DNA from: a virus
Strand: one strand, 5' to 3'
DNA: 64,000 bases
IMG/VR virus record: IMGVR_UViG_3300022885_000010
The translations under genes were made by a program, and so were the position numbers. Shown in pieces: positions 19,354-28,229 of the stretch. Positions within the stretch are counted from its first letter, which is position 1, and each line of letters starts with the position of its first letter. The notes beneath the pieces are model-generated. The model was not told the origin of the DNA. It was given only the letters and a program-made list of their open reading frames with translations, and did no database searches.

Positions 19354-19655
19354 CAAATGAATTCGATAAATTTAAAAGGTTCATAACAGAATCTACAGTG
19401 GAAGATGAAATATCTTCATATGGTAATTGGGAAGAAACAGATACTAAGTTTAATTTAGATTCTATGGTCTATGGTGAACAATTGGGATATGAACTTACTT
19501 TTATAGATAATGATGGTACAGAACAAGTAACAAAATCCATCAGAACAGGAACAAGAAGTATTAGACCGATTAAGGTTCAATTCAAAACTGAAAATGGGAT
19601 TTTATTTTATAGGGTATTAGCAACTTTAGATAAAGAAAAGTTTCTCGTAAATTAA
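19350..19655 (+). CDS. hypothetical protein
   Basis: ORF track, ATGA overlap. Confidence 0.65.
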   Translation: MTNEFDKFKRFITESTVEDEISSYGNWEETDTKFNLDSMVYGEQLGYELTFIDNDGTEQVTKSIRTGTRSIRPIKVQFKTENGILFYRVLATLDKEKFLVN

Positions 19656-19658
19656 TTT

Positions 19659-19796
19659 ATATTGATATTGGTGAAAGATAGACACGCCTAACATAAGTAA
19701 AGTAGGAGTCAGTGCTTCTTATTAGATTAAGTTTTATGTGGGTTGACGTGCGTGGGAGAATCGTTTTTGTTGGTATCGAGTCCAACATATCGATAT
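19659..19796 (+). ncRNA. Oversized tRNA-like RNA (Leu-type D-arm, long central insert)
   Basis: 10-bp ATATTGATAT/ATATCGATAT closing stem, TGGTGAAAGATAGACAC D-arm, GTTGG-TATCGAGT-CCAAC T-arm. Confidence 0.55.
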
Positions 19797-19835
19797 AATT
19801 AATTTACGAGAAACTTATCTCTATTTATATATAAG

Positions 19836-19949
19836 ATGAAAAATACAATAATAACATATCAACAACCGAGTATATTACAACCAATCACATTGTGGTCGTT
19901 AGCGACTGCTCTGGATTCGATGGTAGGGGATATTTATGTTATTAATTAG
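19836..19949 (+). CDS. 37-aa putative leader peptide of tRNA cluster 2
   Basis: MKNTIITYQQPSILQPITLWSLATALDSMVGDIYVIN*, followed by terminator then tRNAs. Confidence 0.5.
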   Translation: MKNTIITYQQPSILQPITLWSLATALDSMVGDIYVIN

Positions 19950-19980
19950 ATAAAATAAAATTATATAATGAATATGAAAT

Positions 19981-20020
19981 AAAATCTCCTCTAATAAAAT
20001 AGACGAGATTTTTTCTTTTT
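19981..20020 (+). terminator. Intrinsic terminator upstream of tRNA cluster 2
   Basis: AAAATCTC-C-TCTA/TAGA-C-GAGATTTT stem plus T-run. Confidence 0.7.
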
Positions 20021-20022
20021 AT

Positions 20023-20109
20023 GGAAGTTCAGCAATTGGTGTAGCAAACTGTTTTGAAAACAGCTAAGCCCCTAATAAGGCAATGGGGTTTCGACTGCCC
20101 CAACTTCCT
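20023..20109 (+). tRNA. tRNA-Ser(TGA)
   Basis: GGAAGTT/AACTTCC; loop TTTGAAA; long variable arm. Confidence 0.8.
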
Positions 20110-20116
20110 CTTTAAT

Positions 20117-20201
20117 GCGTCGTACGGGAGTTGGAGATCCCAGCCAGACTGTAAATCTGGTTAGTTCATACTATAGCTAAGTTCGAATCTCTCACCACCT
20201 A
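20117..20201 (+). pseudogene. tRNA-Tyr(GTA) with unpaired acceptor and T stems
   Basis: CCAGA-CTGTAAA-TCTGG arm intact; 5' GCGTCGT does not pair with 3' ACCACCT. Confidence 0.6.
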
Positions 20202-20211
20202 CAACAAAAAT

Positions 20212-20284
20212 GCGAATGTACCCCAACGGAAGAGGGATCGAGTTTAAACCTCGTTCAGTGATGGTTCGAATCCATTCATTCGTA
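20212..20284 (+). tRNA. tRNA-Leu(TAA), short variable loop
   Basis: GCGAATG/CATTCGT; CGAG-TTTAAAC-CTCG; GATGG-TTCGAAT-CCATT. Confidence 0.8.
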
Positions 20285-20292
20285 CAATATAT

Positions 20293-20364
20293 TGGGTGGT
20301 AGCCAAGTGGTAAGGCATCGGTTTTTGAAGCCGACATTCGGTGGTTCGACCCCACCCCACTCAA
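20293..20364 (+). tRNA. tRNA-Gln(TTG)
   Basis: TGGGTGG/CCACTCA; TCGGT-TTTTGAA-GCCGA. Confidence 0.85.
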
Positions 20365-20369
20365 CATTA

Positions 20370-20426
20370 GTATGATATGTCATTCATATAACATATAATC
20401 CATATAATATGAATGATATATCATAC
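20370..20426. repeat. 20-bp inverted repeat between tRNAs
   Basis: GTATGATATGTCATTCATAT ... ATATGAATGATATATCATAC (one G-T pair). Confidence 0.75.
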
Positions 20427-20432
20427 AATAAT

Positions 20433-20506
20433 GGGCCATTAGCTTAATTGGGAAAGCACCATACTTGCAATATGGGGGTTATCGGTTCAAATCCGATATG
20501 TGTCCA
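20433..20506 (+). tRNA. tRNA-Ala(TGC)
   Basis: CCATA-CTTGCAA-TATGG; ATCGG-TTCAAAT-CCGAT; bulged acceptor stem. Confidence 0.78.
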
Positions 20507-20513
20507 CAAATCT

Positions 20514-20600
20514 ACCGGTATAGACAAATGGTAAAGTCACGCGATTTAGACTCGTGGGTAAACGAAGATACACTTGGAAGTTCAAATCTTCCTACCGGTA
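20514..20600 (+). tRNA. tRNA-Leu(TAG)
   Basis: ACCGGTA/TACCGGT; CGCGA-TTTAGAC-TCGTG; long variable arm. Confidence 0.85.
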
Positions 20601-20612
20601 CACTAAAAAAAT

Positions 20613-20697
20613 GGAAATACGGCAATTGGTGTAGCAAACTCTTTGCTAAAGAGTCAATCGTGAAAACGAGATGAAGGTTCGATTCCTTTTATTTCCG
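20613..20697 (+). tRNA. tRNA-Ser(GCT)
   Basis: GGAAATA/TATTTCC, G73; ACTCT-TTGCTAA-AGAGT. Confidence 0.88.
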
Positions 20698-20702
20698 CAT
20701 TT

Positions 20703-20732
20703 TCGAAGTACATCTATACTTCGACTTTTAAA
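20703..20732 (+). terminator. Hairpin at end of tRNA cluster 2
   Basis: TCGAAGTA/TACTTCGA followed by CTTTT. Confidence 0.5.
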
Positions 20733-20746
20733 TTTAACATATCATT

Positions 20747-20787
20747 AAAATAAAATTTGTTTATATCAATTTAATTTCGTAAGTTTG
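20747..20787 (+). promoter_or_regulatory. Bacteroidota-type promoter copy 6
   Basis: AAAATAAAA-TTTG-N20-TAAGTTTG. Confidence 0.85.
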
Positions 20788-20812
20788 TATATTATTAATT
20801 ATTAGATTTAAT

Positions 20813-21061
20813 ATGACACAATTTTACTCAACCATCGATGACGGATTAACTGGAATTGATAAAGATATATTTGAGTGTGAAATGGTAATAAATGAATTAG
20901 AAACCATTTTAAATACTAGATATGAGCTTCCAACGCACGGATATGAAGAAACTATATGGGATAAAGCTACTATATACCGAAATGAATGTAAACGAATAGT
21001 TGCAGAAAAGAATGTAGAATTACAACAACTCATAAAGCAAAAACATGAGTGTATAAAATGA
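20813..21061 (+). CDS. hypothetical protein
   Basis: First ORF after promoter. Confidence 0.65.
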   Translation: MTQFYSTIDDGLTGIDKDIFECEMVINELETILNTRYELPTHGYEETIWDKATIYRNECKRIVAEKNVELQQLIKQKHECIK

Positions 21062-21237
21062 AACTTAAATGTATATACAATACCAATAACCACAATTTAT
21101 CAAATATAATAGATAAGTTGCTTGTACGTGTATACAATACACATAAATCTTCTTATCCAAATAACATTATGATTTTGGAACTCAATGAACTCTCGATTGT
21201 GAATCGTGTGTATTTAGTACGATATTTTATAAAATAA
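21058..21237 (+). CDS. MxxKxxY-tag small protein
   Basis: MKLKCIYN start. Confidence 0.55.
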   Translation: MKLKCIYNTNNHNLSNIIDKLLVRVYNTHKSSYPNNIMILELNELSIVNRVYLVRYFIK

Positions 21238-21243
21238 AATAAA

Positions 21244-21753
21244 ATGAAACTTAAAATATTATATATCAATGTAACTGATGAAATAAATATATACAATTCA
21301 AATAATAAATGGGTTTATTGGGAATATAATGATGAATTTTGGGTAAAAAGAGAATTTGATTCTAATAATAATCGAATTTATCGTGAAGATAGTAATGGAT
21401 TTTGGGTAAAAAGCGAATTTGATTCTAATAATAATGAAATTTATTGGGAATATAATGATGGAAATTGGGTAAAAAGAGAATATGATTCTGATAGTAATGA
21501 AATTTATCATGAGGATATTAATGGATTCTTTTATATAAAAGAATATGATTCTAATAATAATGAAATTTATTATGAAGATAGTGATGGAGATTGGTCAAAA
21601 AGAGAATTTGATTCTAATAACAATCTAATTTATCATGAAGATAGTGATGGAACTATAATAGATAACAGACCTAAAGAAGTTAAAAGATTAACTCATAAAG
21701 AAATATGTGAATTAATTGGATTTGATGTAGAAATAATTAAAGAGAAGGAATAA
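21244..21753 (+). CDS. 21-aa repeat family protein with LTHKEICELIG tail
   Basis: MKLKILYINVTDE cap, repeats. Confidence 0.85.
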   Translation: MKLKILYINVTDEINIYNSNNKWVYWEYNDEFWVKREFDSNNNRIYREDSNGFWVKSEFDSNNNEIYWEYNDGNWVKREYDSDSNEIYHEDINGFFYIKEYDSNNNEIYYEDSDGDWSKREFDSNNNLIYHEDSDGTIIDNRPKEVKRLTHKEICELIGFDVEIIKEKE

Positions 21754-21762
21754 TAAAATAAA

Positions 21763-22200
21763 ATGAAACTTAAAATATTATATATCAATGTAACTGATGA
21801 AATAAATATATACAATTCAAATAATAAATGGGTTTATTTTGAAAATAGTAATGGAGATTGGATAAAAAGAGAGTTTGATTCTAATAACAATGAACTTTAT
21901 TGTGAAGATAGTGATGGATTTTGGGTAAAAAAGGAATTTGATTCTAATAACAATGAACTTTATTATGAAGATGGTGATGGATTTTGGGTAAAAAACGAAT
22001 TTGATTCTAATAATAATGAAATTTATTATGAAGATAGTAATAGATTTTGGGTAAAAAAGGAATTTGATTCTAATAACAATGAACTTTATTATGAAGATGG
22101 TGATGGATTTTGGGTAAAAAACGAATTTGATTCTAATAATAATGAAATTTATTATGAAGATAGTAATGGTATGATAACGGATAACAGACCTAAGAAATGA
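21763..22200 (+). CDS. 21-aa repeat family protein
   Basis: Same cap, GMITDNRPKK end. Confidence 0.85.
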   Translation: MKLKILYINVTDEINIYNSNNKWVYFENSNGDWIKREFDSNNNELYCEDSDGFWVKKEFDSNNNELYYEDGDGFWVKNEFDSNNNEIYYEDSNRFWVKKEFDSNNNELYYEDGDGFWVKNEFDSNNNEIYYEDSNGMITDNRPKK

Positions 22201-22634
22201 AACTTAAAATATTATATATCAATGTAACTGATGAAATAAATATATACAATTCAAATAATAAATGGGTTTATAGTGAAAATAGTAATGGACTTTGGGTAAA
22301 AATCCAATATGATTCTAATAATAATGAAATTTATTGGGAAAATCATGATGGACTTTTGGTAAAAAAAGAATACGATTCTAATAACAATCTAATTTATTGT
22401 GAACATAGTAATGGATTCTTTTATATAAAAGAATTTGATTCTAATAACAATGAACTTTATTGTGAATATAGTAGTGGACTTTGGGTAAAAAAAGAATTTG
22501 ATTCTAATGGTAATATACTTTATCGTGAAAATAGTAATGGACTTTGGGTAAAAATCCAATATGATTCTAATAATAATGAAATTTATTGGGAAAATTATGA
22601 TGGAACTATAATAGATAGTAGAACTAAAAAATAA
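22197..22634 (+). CDS. 21-aa repeat family protein
   Basis: Same cap, stop inside promoter. Confidence 0.85.
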   Translation: MKLKILYINVTDEINIYNSNNKWVYSENSNGLWVKIQYDSNNNEIYWENHDGLLVKKEYDSNNNLIYCEHSNGFFYIKEFDSNNNELYCEYSSGLWVKKEFDSNGNILYRENSNGLWVKIQYDSNNNEIYWENYDGTIIDSRTKK

Positions 22635-22668
22635 AACTTGTATATATCATTTCTTTTTCGTAAGTTTG
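22628..22668 (+). promoter_or_regulatory. Bacteroidota-type promoter copy 7
   Basis: AAAATAAAA-CTTG-N20-TAAGTTTG. Confidence 0.85.
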
Positions 22669-22692
22669 TAAATTATAATAAGGGAATATTAA

Positions 22693-23193
22693 ATGGGATT
22701 GATAGAACACGCACAAAAAGAATTACGTTTGGCAGGTGTAGATAGTAAAGAAGCTATGTACGATGGTATGTTGTATAATGCAATTATGGAATTAATAACA
22801 ACATTCAGTAAACAAGGACATTCTGGTTATTCAGCAAGAATAGTAATTGATATATTTAACAAATTAGCTAATTTTGAACCTATATCACCTTTAACGTATG
22901 AAGACGATGAATTTAATGATAATAATAAAAATATAAGACGTTCTGATGTATTTAGAGAAACCGAAGATGGTAGATTTTACTATATCAGTGCTATACAATG
23001 GTTAAATCCAGATGGTAGTGTGTGGACTGGTACTGCTACTTGTAATGGAAAATCAATATCATCAACACAATATATTAAACATAGAAATATGCCATTAAAA
23101 ACATTTACTATTGAAGTAGATGATGATTTTAATGTATTAAATAGTGATGATTTGAATGATGTGTTTGTTTATTATGATAGATATGAAACTTAA
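22693..23193 (+). CDS. Conserved-looking phage hypothetical protein
   Basis: HAQKEL..FSKQGHSGYSA motif recalled from phage proteins. Confidence 0.7.
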   Translation: MGLIEHAQKELRLAGVDSKEAMYDGMLYNAIMELITTFSKQGHSGYSARIVIDIFNKLANFEPISPLTYEDDEFNDNNKNIRRSDVFRETEDGRFYYISAIQWLNPDGSVWTGTATCNGKSISSTQYIKHRNMPLKTFTIEVDDDFNVLNSDDLNDVFVYYDRYET

Positions 23194-23683
23194 AATATTA
23201 TATATCAATGTAACTGATGAAATAAATATATACAATTCTAATAATAATGAAATTTATTGGGAAAATAGTAATGGAGATTTGGTAAAAAGCGAATTTGATT
23301 CTAATAACAATAGAATTTATTATGAAGATAGTAATGGAGATTGGTCAAAAAGAGAATATGATTCTAACAGTCTTGAAATTTATTATGAAGATAATGATGG
23401 ATTTTGGGTAAAAAGCGAATTTGATTCTAATAATAATGAAATTTATTGTGAATATAATGATGGAAATTGGGTAAAAAGAGAATATGATTCTAATAACAAT
23501 AGAATTTATTATGAAGATAGTGATGGATATTGGTCAAAAAGCGAATTTGATTCTAACAGTCTTGAAATTTATTATGAAGATAGTAATGGATTTTGGGTAA
23601 AAAAAGAATTTGATTCTAATAACAATAGAATTTATTATGAAGATAGTAATGGTATGATAACGGATAACAGACCTAAGAAATGA
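23183..23683 (+). CDS. 21-aa repeat family protein
   Basis: MKLKILYINVTDE cap, GMITDNRPKK end. Confidence 0.85.
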   Translation: MKLKILYINVTDEINIYNSNNNEIYWENSNGDLVKSEFDSNNNRIYYEDSNGDWSKREYDSNSLEIYYEDNDGFWVKSEFDSNNNEIYCEYNDGNWVKREYDSNNNRIYYEDSDGYWSKSEFDSNSLEIYYEDSNGFWVKKEFDSNNNRIYYEDSNGMITDNRPKK

Positions 23684-24496
23684 TACTTAAAATATTATAT
23701 ATCAATGTAACTGATGAAATAAATATATACAATTCAAATAATAAATGGGTTTATTGTGAAAATAGTAATGGACTTTGGGTAAAAATCCAATATGATTCTA
23801 ATAATAATGAAATTTATTGGGAAAATAGTAATGGAGATTTGGTAAAAAGCGAATTTGATTCTAATAATAATGAAATTTATTGTGAATATAGTGATGGAGA
23901 TTGGTCAAAAAGAGAATATGATTCTAATAATAATAGAATTTATTGTGAAGATAGTGATGGAGATTGGTCAAAAAGAGAATATGATTCTAATAATAATGAA
24001 ATTTATTGTGAAGATAGTAATGGAGATTGGGTAAAAAAAGAATTTGATTCTAATAATAATAAAATTTATTATGAAGATAGTAATGGATTTTGGGTAAAAA
24101 GCGAATTTGATTCTAATAACAATAGAATTTATTATGAAGATAGTAATGGATTTTGGGTAAAAAGCGAATTTGATTCTAATAACAATCTAATTTATTGTGA
24201 AGATAGTGATGGAGATTGGTCAAAAAGAGAATATGATTCTAATAACAATGAACTTTATTGTGAAGATAGTAATGGATTTTGGGTAAAAAAGAGAATATGA
24301 TTCTAATAATAATGAAATTTATTATGAAAATAGTAATGGATTTTGGGTAAAAAACGAATTTGATTCTAATAATAATTGTATTTATTGGGAAGATAGTAAT
24401 GGATATTGGATAAAAAAAGAATTTGATTCTAATAACAATCTAATTTATTTTGAAAATAGTGATGGTGGAACCTATGATTATAGACCTAACGGATGA
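23680..24496 (+). pseudogene. Longest 21-aa repeat family gene, frameshifted in an A-run near 24290
   Basis: ORF stops at 24300; repeats continue in shifted frame to DYRPNG* at 24496. Confidence 0.75.
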
Positions 24497-24690
24497 AATA
24501 TAAAACTATATATAATAATAAGAAAATTTATTTTTGGTGTATATATACGTATGACCACAAAATTAATTGTATTATAGGTAGGAAAATACATACATCACGA
24601 ATAGAATATGATTCTACTGGTTCTCCACATTATTACGAATATGATAGTGATTATAATTTAATACAAATCCCCAAACCTAAGCAATGGTAG
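24493..24690 (+). CDS. MxxKxxY-tag small protein
   Basis: MKYKTIYNN; degenerate EYDS repeat. Confidence 0.6.
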   Translation: MKYKTIYNNKKIYFWCIYTYDHKINCIIGRKIHTSRIEYDSTGSPHYYEYDSDYNLIQIPKPKQW

Positions 24691-24923
24691 TTAAAACAGT
24701 ATATAATAATGTACATATAATATATGATTTGTGTTTCGTCACAATATATCATATTAGAGATAATATTGAGTGTAGAATTGTGCATAGTTATGATTATGAT
24801 AAGGTACATCATATCTATAGTGATGGTTGGTGGTCAAAACATGAATACGGTCCTGGTAATGAAGAAATTTATTATGAAGATGGTGATGGAATTATAATAG
24901 ACAGCAGACCTAACAAAAAATAA
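24684..24923 (+). CDS. Divergent repeat family protein
   Basis: MVVKTVYN, WWSKHEY..EIYYEDGDG, RPNKK end. Confidence 0.7.
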   Translation: MVVKTVYNNVHIIYDLCFVTIYHIRDNIECRIVHSYDYDKVHHIYSDGWWSKHEYGPGNEEIYYEDGDGIIIDSRPNKK

Positions 24924-24957
24924 AATTTGGAAGTTAATAAAAAATTTCGTAAGTTTG
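24917..24957 (+). promoter_or_regulatory. Bacteroidota-type promoter copy 8
   Basis: AAAATAAAA-TTTG-N20-TAAGTTTG. Confidence 0.85.
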
Positions 24958-25010
24958 TATTAGTAATTCGAACAAATAATAATTTTAAATAATAATTAAG
25001 GAGTATAGAG

Positions 25011-25229
25011 ATGGACATCTATATGGAAAAATGTGTTTCGTTTGATATTCATAACGAGAAACACGAAGAAATAATCTGTCAGTTTTTTGCTGACAACACA
25101 GTTGTATTTACTATGGAGCCAACTGAAGAAGATGATATTAAACATGATATTGGTTATGCTGATACAAGTGGTTTAAATCGTTCGTATGTAGAGTGGAAGC
25201 TAACAGGTCAAAATTCAGCGAGGGAATAA
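25011..25229 (+). CDS. WKL-tail family small protein
   Basis: SYVEWKLTG near C-terminus. Confidence 0.6.
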   Translation: MDIYMEKCVSFDIHNEKHEEIICQFFADNTVVFTMEPTEEDDIKHDIGYADTSGLNRSYVEWKLTGQNSARE

Positions 25230-25230
25230 C

Positions 25231-26058
25231 TTGTCAGAAACTAAAGTTTTAGATAAAGGGTTTGTTAGATTAGTTGATAGTATGGGTGATGATTCATCTA
25301 TAGTTCAAGCAGCAAGAGTATCTTACGGTAAAGGAACTAAAACTGTAAATGAAGATAGAGGTCTAATTCGGTATTTGATTCGTATGAAACATTCTACTCC
25401 AGTAGAATTAGTAGATTTCAAGTTTCATGTTAAATTACCTATTTTCGTAGCTCGCCAATGGATGAGGCATCGTGCGTGTACATTTAATGAGTATTCTGGT
25501 AGATATTCTATAATGTCAGATGATTGTTATATTCCAGAGTTGGATAGAATAACAGAACAATCTACAGATAATAAGCAAGGTTCCAGTAACATAGTATTAG
25601 ATGACGCTGATAATATACAACTTAGTATGGAACAACAAACGCAGTCTGATTTGGATAATTACCATGATTTTTTGGATAAAGGTGTTTCTCGTGAGATAGC
25701 AAGAATCAATCTACCTGTATCAAATTATACAGAATTCTATTGGAAGATTAATTTACATAATCTATTTCATTTTTTGAAATTAAGAATGGATTCACATGCT
25801 CAATATGAAATTAGAGTTTATGCTGAAGCTATCTATGAGATGATAAAAGAAATTGTACCTTTAGCATGTGAGGCATTTGATGATTATGTATTAAACGCAG
25901 AACAACTATCATCTAATGAGTTATTTGCATTAAGACATATGATATTCAGTAGAAATATATCAAAACAAGATATATCATCTGAACTACAGTCTATAGAACA
26001 TAAATTATCTAAACGTGAATTAGATGAGTTTATTAAGAAACTTGGGTTCATAGTATAA
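25231..26058 (+). CDS. thyX: FAD-dependent thymidylate synthase
   Basis: AARVSY, RQWMRHR..NEYSGRY (RHRx7SxR), REIAR, LRMDSHAQYEIR. Confidence 0.96.
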   Translation: MSETKVLDKGFVRLVDSMGDDSSIVQAARVSYGKGTKTVNEDRGLIRYLIRMKHSTPVELVDFKFHVKLPIFVARQWMRHRACTFNEYSGRYSIMSDDCYIPELDRITEQSTDNKQGSSNIVLDDADNIQLSMEQQTQSDLDNYHDFLDKGVSREIARINLPVSNYTEFYWKINLHNLFHFLKLRMDSHAQYEIRVYAEAIYEMIKEIVPLACEAFDDYVLNAEQLSSNELFALRHMIFSRNISKQDISSELQSIEHKLSKRELDEFIKKLGFIV

Positions 26059-26090
26059 TATGTTAGTTAGAAAGATATATAATAATCATA

Positions 26091-26315
26091 ATGTTTATAT
26101 TACTTGGTTGTAATGAAGCATCAGAACCAGAATTAAATCGAGAAAAAGTAATTAATGACATCACATATATCTATACTGATAAAATGGTAGTTGATGGGCA
26201 GACTTACCTAATAACTAAATATGTAAGTTATGGTGTTTTTGTTAATAATCTAACATTAGATAAATTACAGAAAGAAAAATTAGAATTAGAAATCAAAAGA
26301 TTAAAGAATCAATAA
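26091..26315 (+). CDS. hypothetical protein (possible lipoprotein)
   Basis: LLGC near N-terminus. Confidence 0.55.
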   Translation: MFILLGCNEASEPELNREKVINDITYIYTDKMVVDGQTYLITKYVSYGVFVNNLTLDKLQKEKLELEIKRLKNQ

Positions 26316-26316
26316 T

Positions 26317-27390
26317 ATGAATATATTTAAATTAGAAAATGACATAACTTCCGAAGTTGGAGTTATAATAGGTAGGTTTCATGTAGATGACTTACATAAG
26401 GGGCATATAGACCTAATACAGAGAGTTTCTGATAGACATCAGAGAGTATTAATATTAATCGGTACAACGTCTGTAATGTCCACTAAATGTAATCCATTGG
26501 ACTTTATCTCCAGAGAGAGAATGATTAAACATAGATTTCCTAATGTTATATGTATGCCTATACAAGACGTACCACATTCAGATGAACTTTGGTCAGCTAA
26601 TGTAGATATAGCAGTTAGAAGTGTATTTGCCAGAGGAAGTGTATTGTTATATGGTTCAAGAGATTCATTTATCAAGTATTACACTGGTAGATTTGATTGT
26701 GTAGAGTTAGCCGAAATATATACTGCTACTGGAACATCTATAAGAGATAAGATTGGTAGTGGTGTTTATGATGATTCTTCATTTAGAGCAGGATGTATTC
26801 ATTCGTTCTACAATCAATATGATTCTGCATTTGCTTGTGTAGATGTAGCTATAATAAATACTAATAATGAGATACTATTAGGTAGGAAGGTTGGTAGAGA
26901 TGGTTATTGCTTTATAGGTGGCTTTGTAGACCCAACCGATGATAACTATGAACATACTGCCAGACGAGAGGTATATGAAGAAACAGGAATAGAAATAACT
27001 GGATTGGAATATATTACTAACGCAAAGATAAACGATAAACGTTATCAATCAGAGAATAACAAAATATTTTCTACTTTGTTCTTAGCAAAATATAGTTTTG
27101 GTAAACCAACTCCTAATGATGATATGCATGAGCTTAAATGGTTTGATATATCTACATTAAAGTCAAGTATATTTATTGAAGCTCATAGACTTTTTTATGA
27201 TAAATTACAAATGTATTTAAGTAGTCAGATTGTATATGAGAATCCATATAGAAATATCTCAATGGAGGATAACTCAGGTTATGATCCTACACCAACATGG
27301 AATATAACTTTTAGTGATACACTTGAAATGAGTGGATTACCAGGTATACCTTGTGTTCATGATGATGTATCACCATTGGTGATAACGTAA
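26317..27390 (+). CDS. nadM: Bifunctional NMN adenylyltransferase / Nudix hydrolase (NadM-Nudix)
   Basis: IGRFH..HKGH (HxGH), NPLDF; Nudix box GGFVD..ARREVYEETG. Confidence 0.9.
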   Translation: MNIFKLENDITSEVGVIIGRFHVDDLHKGHIDLIQRVSDRHQRVLILIGTTSVMSTKCNPLDFISRERMIKHRFPNVICMPIQDVPHSDELWSANVDIAVRSVFARGSVLLYGSRDSFIKYYTGRFDCVELAEIYTATGTSIRDKIGSGVYDDSSFRAGCIHSFYNQYDSAFACVDVAIINTNNEILLGRKVGRDGYCFIGGFVDPTDDNYEHTARREVYEETGIEITGLEYITNAKINDKRYQSENNKIFSTLFLAKYSFGKPTPNDDMHELKWFDISTLKSSIFIEAHRLFYDKLQMYLSSQIVYENPYRNISMEDNSGYDPTPTWNITFSDTLEMSGLPGIPCVHDDVSPLVIT

Positions 27391-27499
27391 TGGAAATATT
27401 AAAATTCATATTTAGTAGTGGTTGGATATTCATAGGGTGTGTTATACTACTCTGTGTTATAGGTGAAATTATAGTTGAAATTATTGATAGGATTAAACG

Positions 27500-27688
27500 A
27501 TGAAATTTAAAACATTATATGATTATAATGATATTGTATATGTGATAATTAATATTAATGGATGTATTATATACAAGAGTCATAGAAATCATTCATTAGA
27601 TAGAATCCAACAGGTATTACCTATGGCACAACCAACTGGAACGTTGTTTTACATAGATTATATATATGGAAACTCAAATGAAAATTAA
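27500..27688 (+). CDS. MxxKxxY-tag small protein
   Basis: MKFKTLYDY; PTGxLFYID shared with 27836. Confidence 0.6.
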   Translation: MKFKTLYDYNDIVYVIININGCIIYKSHRNHSLDRIQQVLPMAQPTGTLFYIDYIYGNSNEN

Positions 27689-27839
27689 AACTACATATAA
27701 TATTAATGATTTAGAAGATGTTATATATAATATGAATAACAGAATAATCTATGGGGCGTATATAACAACCATCTATGGATATAGTATTAATTCAACAGAC
27801 TGCATGATATATAATTTAGATAGTTTGGTCTGTAAATGA
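27678..27839 (+). CDS. MxxKxxY-tag small protein (53 aa)
   Basis: Hand translation MKIKTTYNIND...LVCK*. Confidence 0.55.
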   Translation: MKIKTTYNINDLEDVIYNMNNRIIYGAYITTIYGYSINSTDCMIYNLDSLVCK

Positions 27840-28042
27840 AAATAAAAACTAAATATAATTTTAATAGTATTTATGATAATATATTTGATTATGATGATAA
27901 TTGTATATATGGGCTTGCTTCGTTAAGAAGAAATATAATATTTGCACCAATACAACAATATAATATCAATATAAATCCTATATCATCCCCAACAGGACAA
28001 TTGTTTTATATAGATTCTAATATTACAGGAAAAATAAAATGA
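27836..28042 (+). CDS. MxxKxxY-tag small protein
   Basis: MKIKTKYN. Confidence 0.6.
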   Translation: MKIKTKYNFNSIYDNIFDYDDNCIYGLASLRRNIIFAPIQQYNININPISSPTGQLFYIDSNITGKIK

Positions 28043-28224
28043 AATTGAAACATACATATAATATGACAGAATACATGATTATAATAGATAAATATAGAGT
28101 TGGAATTACACGTGGAATATCAACTGCTAAATTTGATTTGAAATTGAATAAATGGACGAACTATCATGTATATTACAATTGCATTTCTGATAGGATTAAA
28201 TCAATGCCATCAGTAATAAAATGA
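28039..28224 (+). CDS. MxxKxxY-tag small protein
   Basis: MKLKHTYNMTEY; paralog of next ORF. Confidence 0.6.
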   Translation: MKLKHTYNMTEYMIIIDKYRVGITRGISTAKFDLKLNKWTNYHVYYNCISDRIKSMPSVIK

Positions 28225-28229
28225 GTAAT

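Noticed and set aside
19659-19796. tmRNA or group I intron-containing tRNA
   Set aside because: Too short, and lacks a tag reading frame and recognisable intron core
20161-20674. Track ORFs 20161-20367 (-) and 20465-20674 (+)
   Set aside because: They lie entirely over tRNA genes
21244-24496. Repeat arrays as a CRISPR array
   Set aside because: Units are contiguous 63-bp coding repeats that keep frame, with no unique spacers and no cas genes in the window
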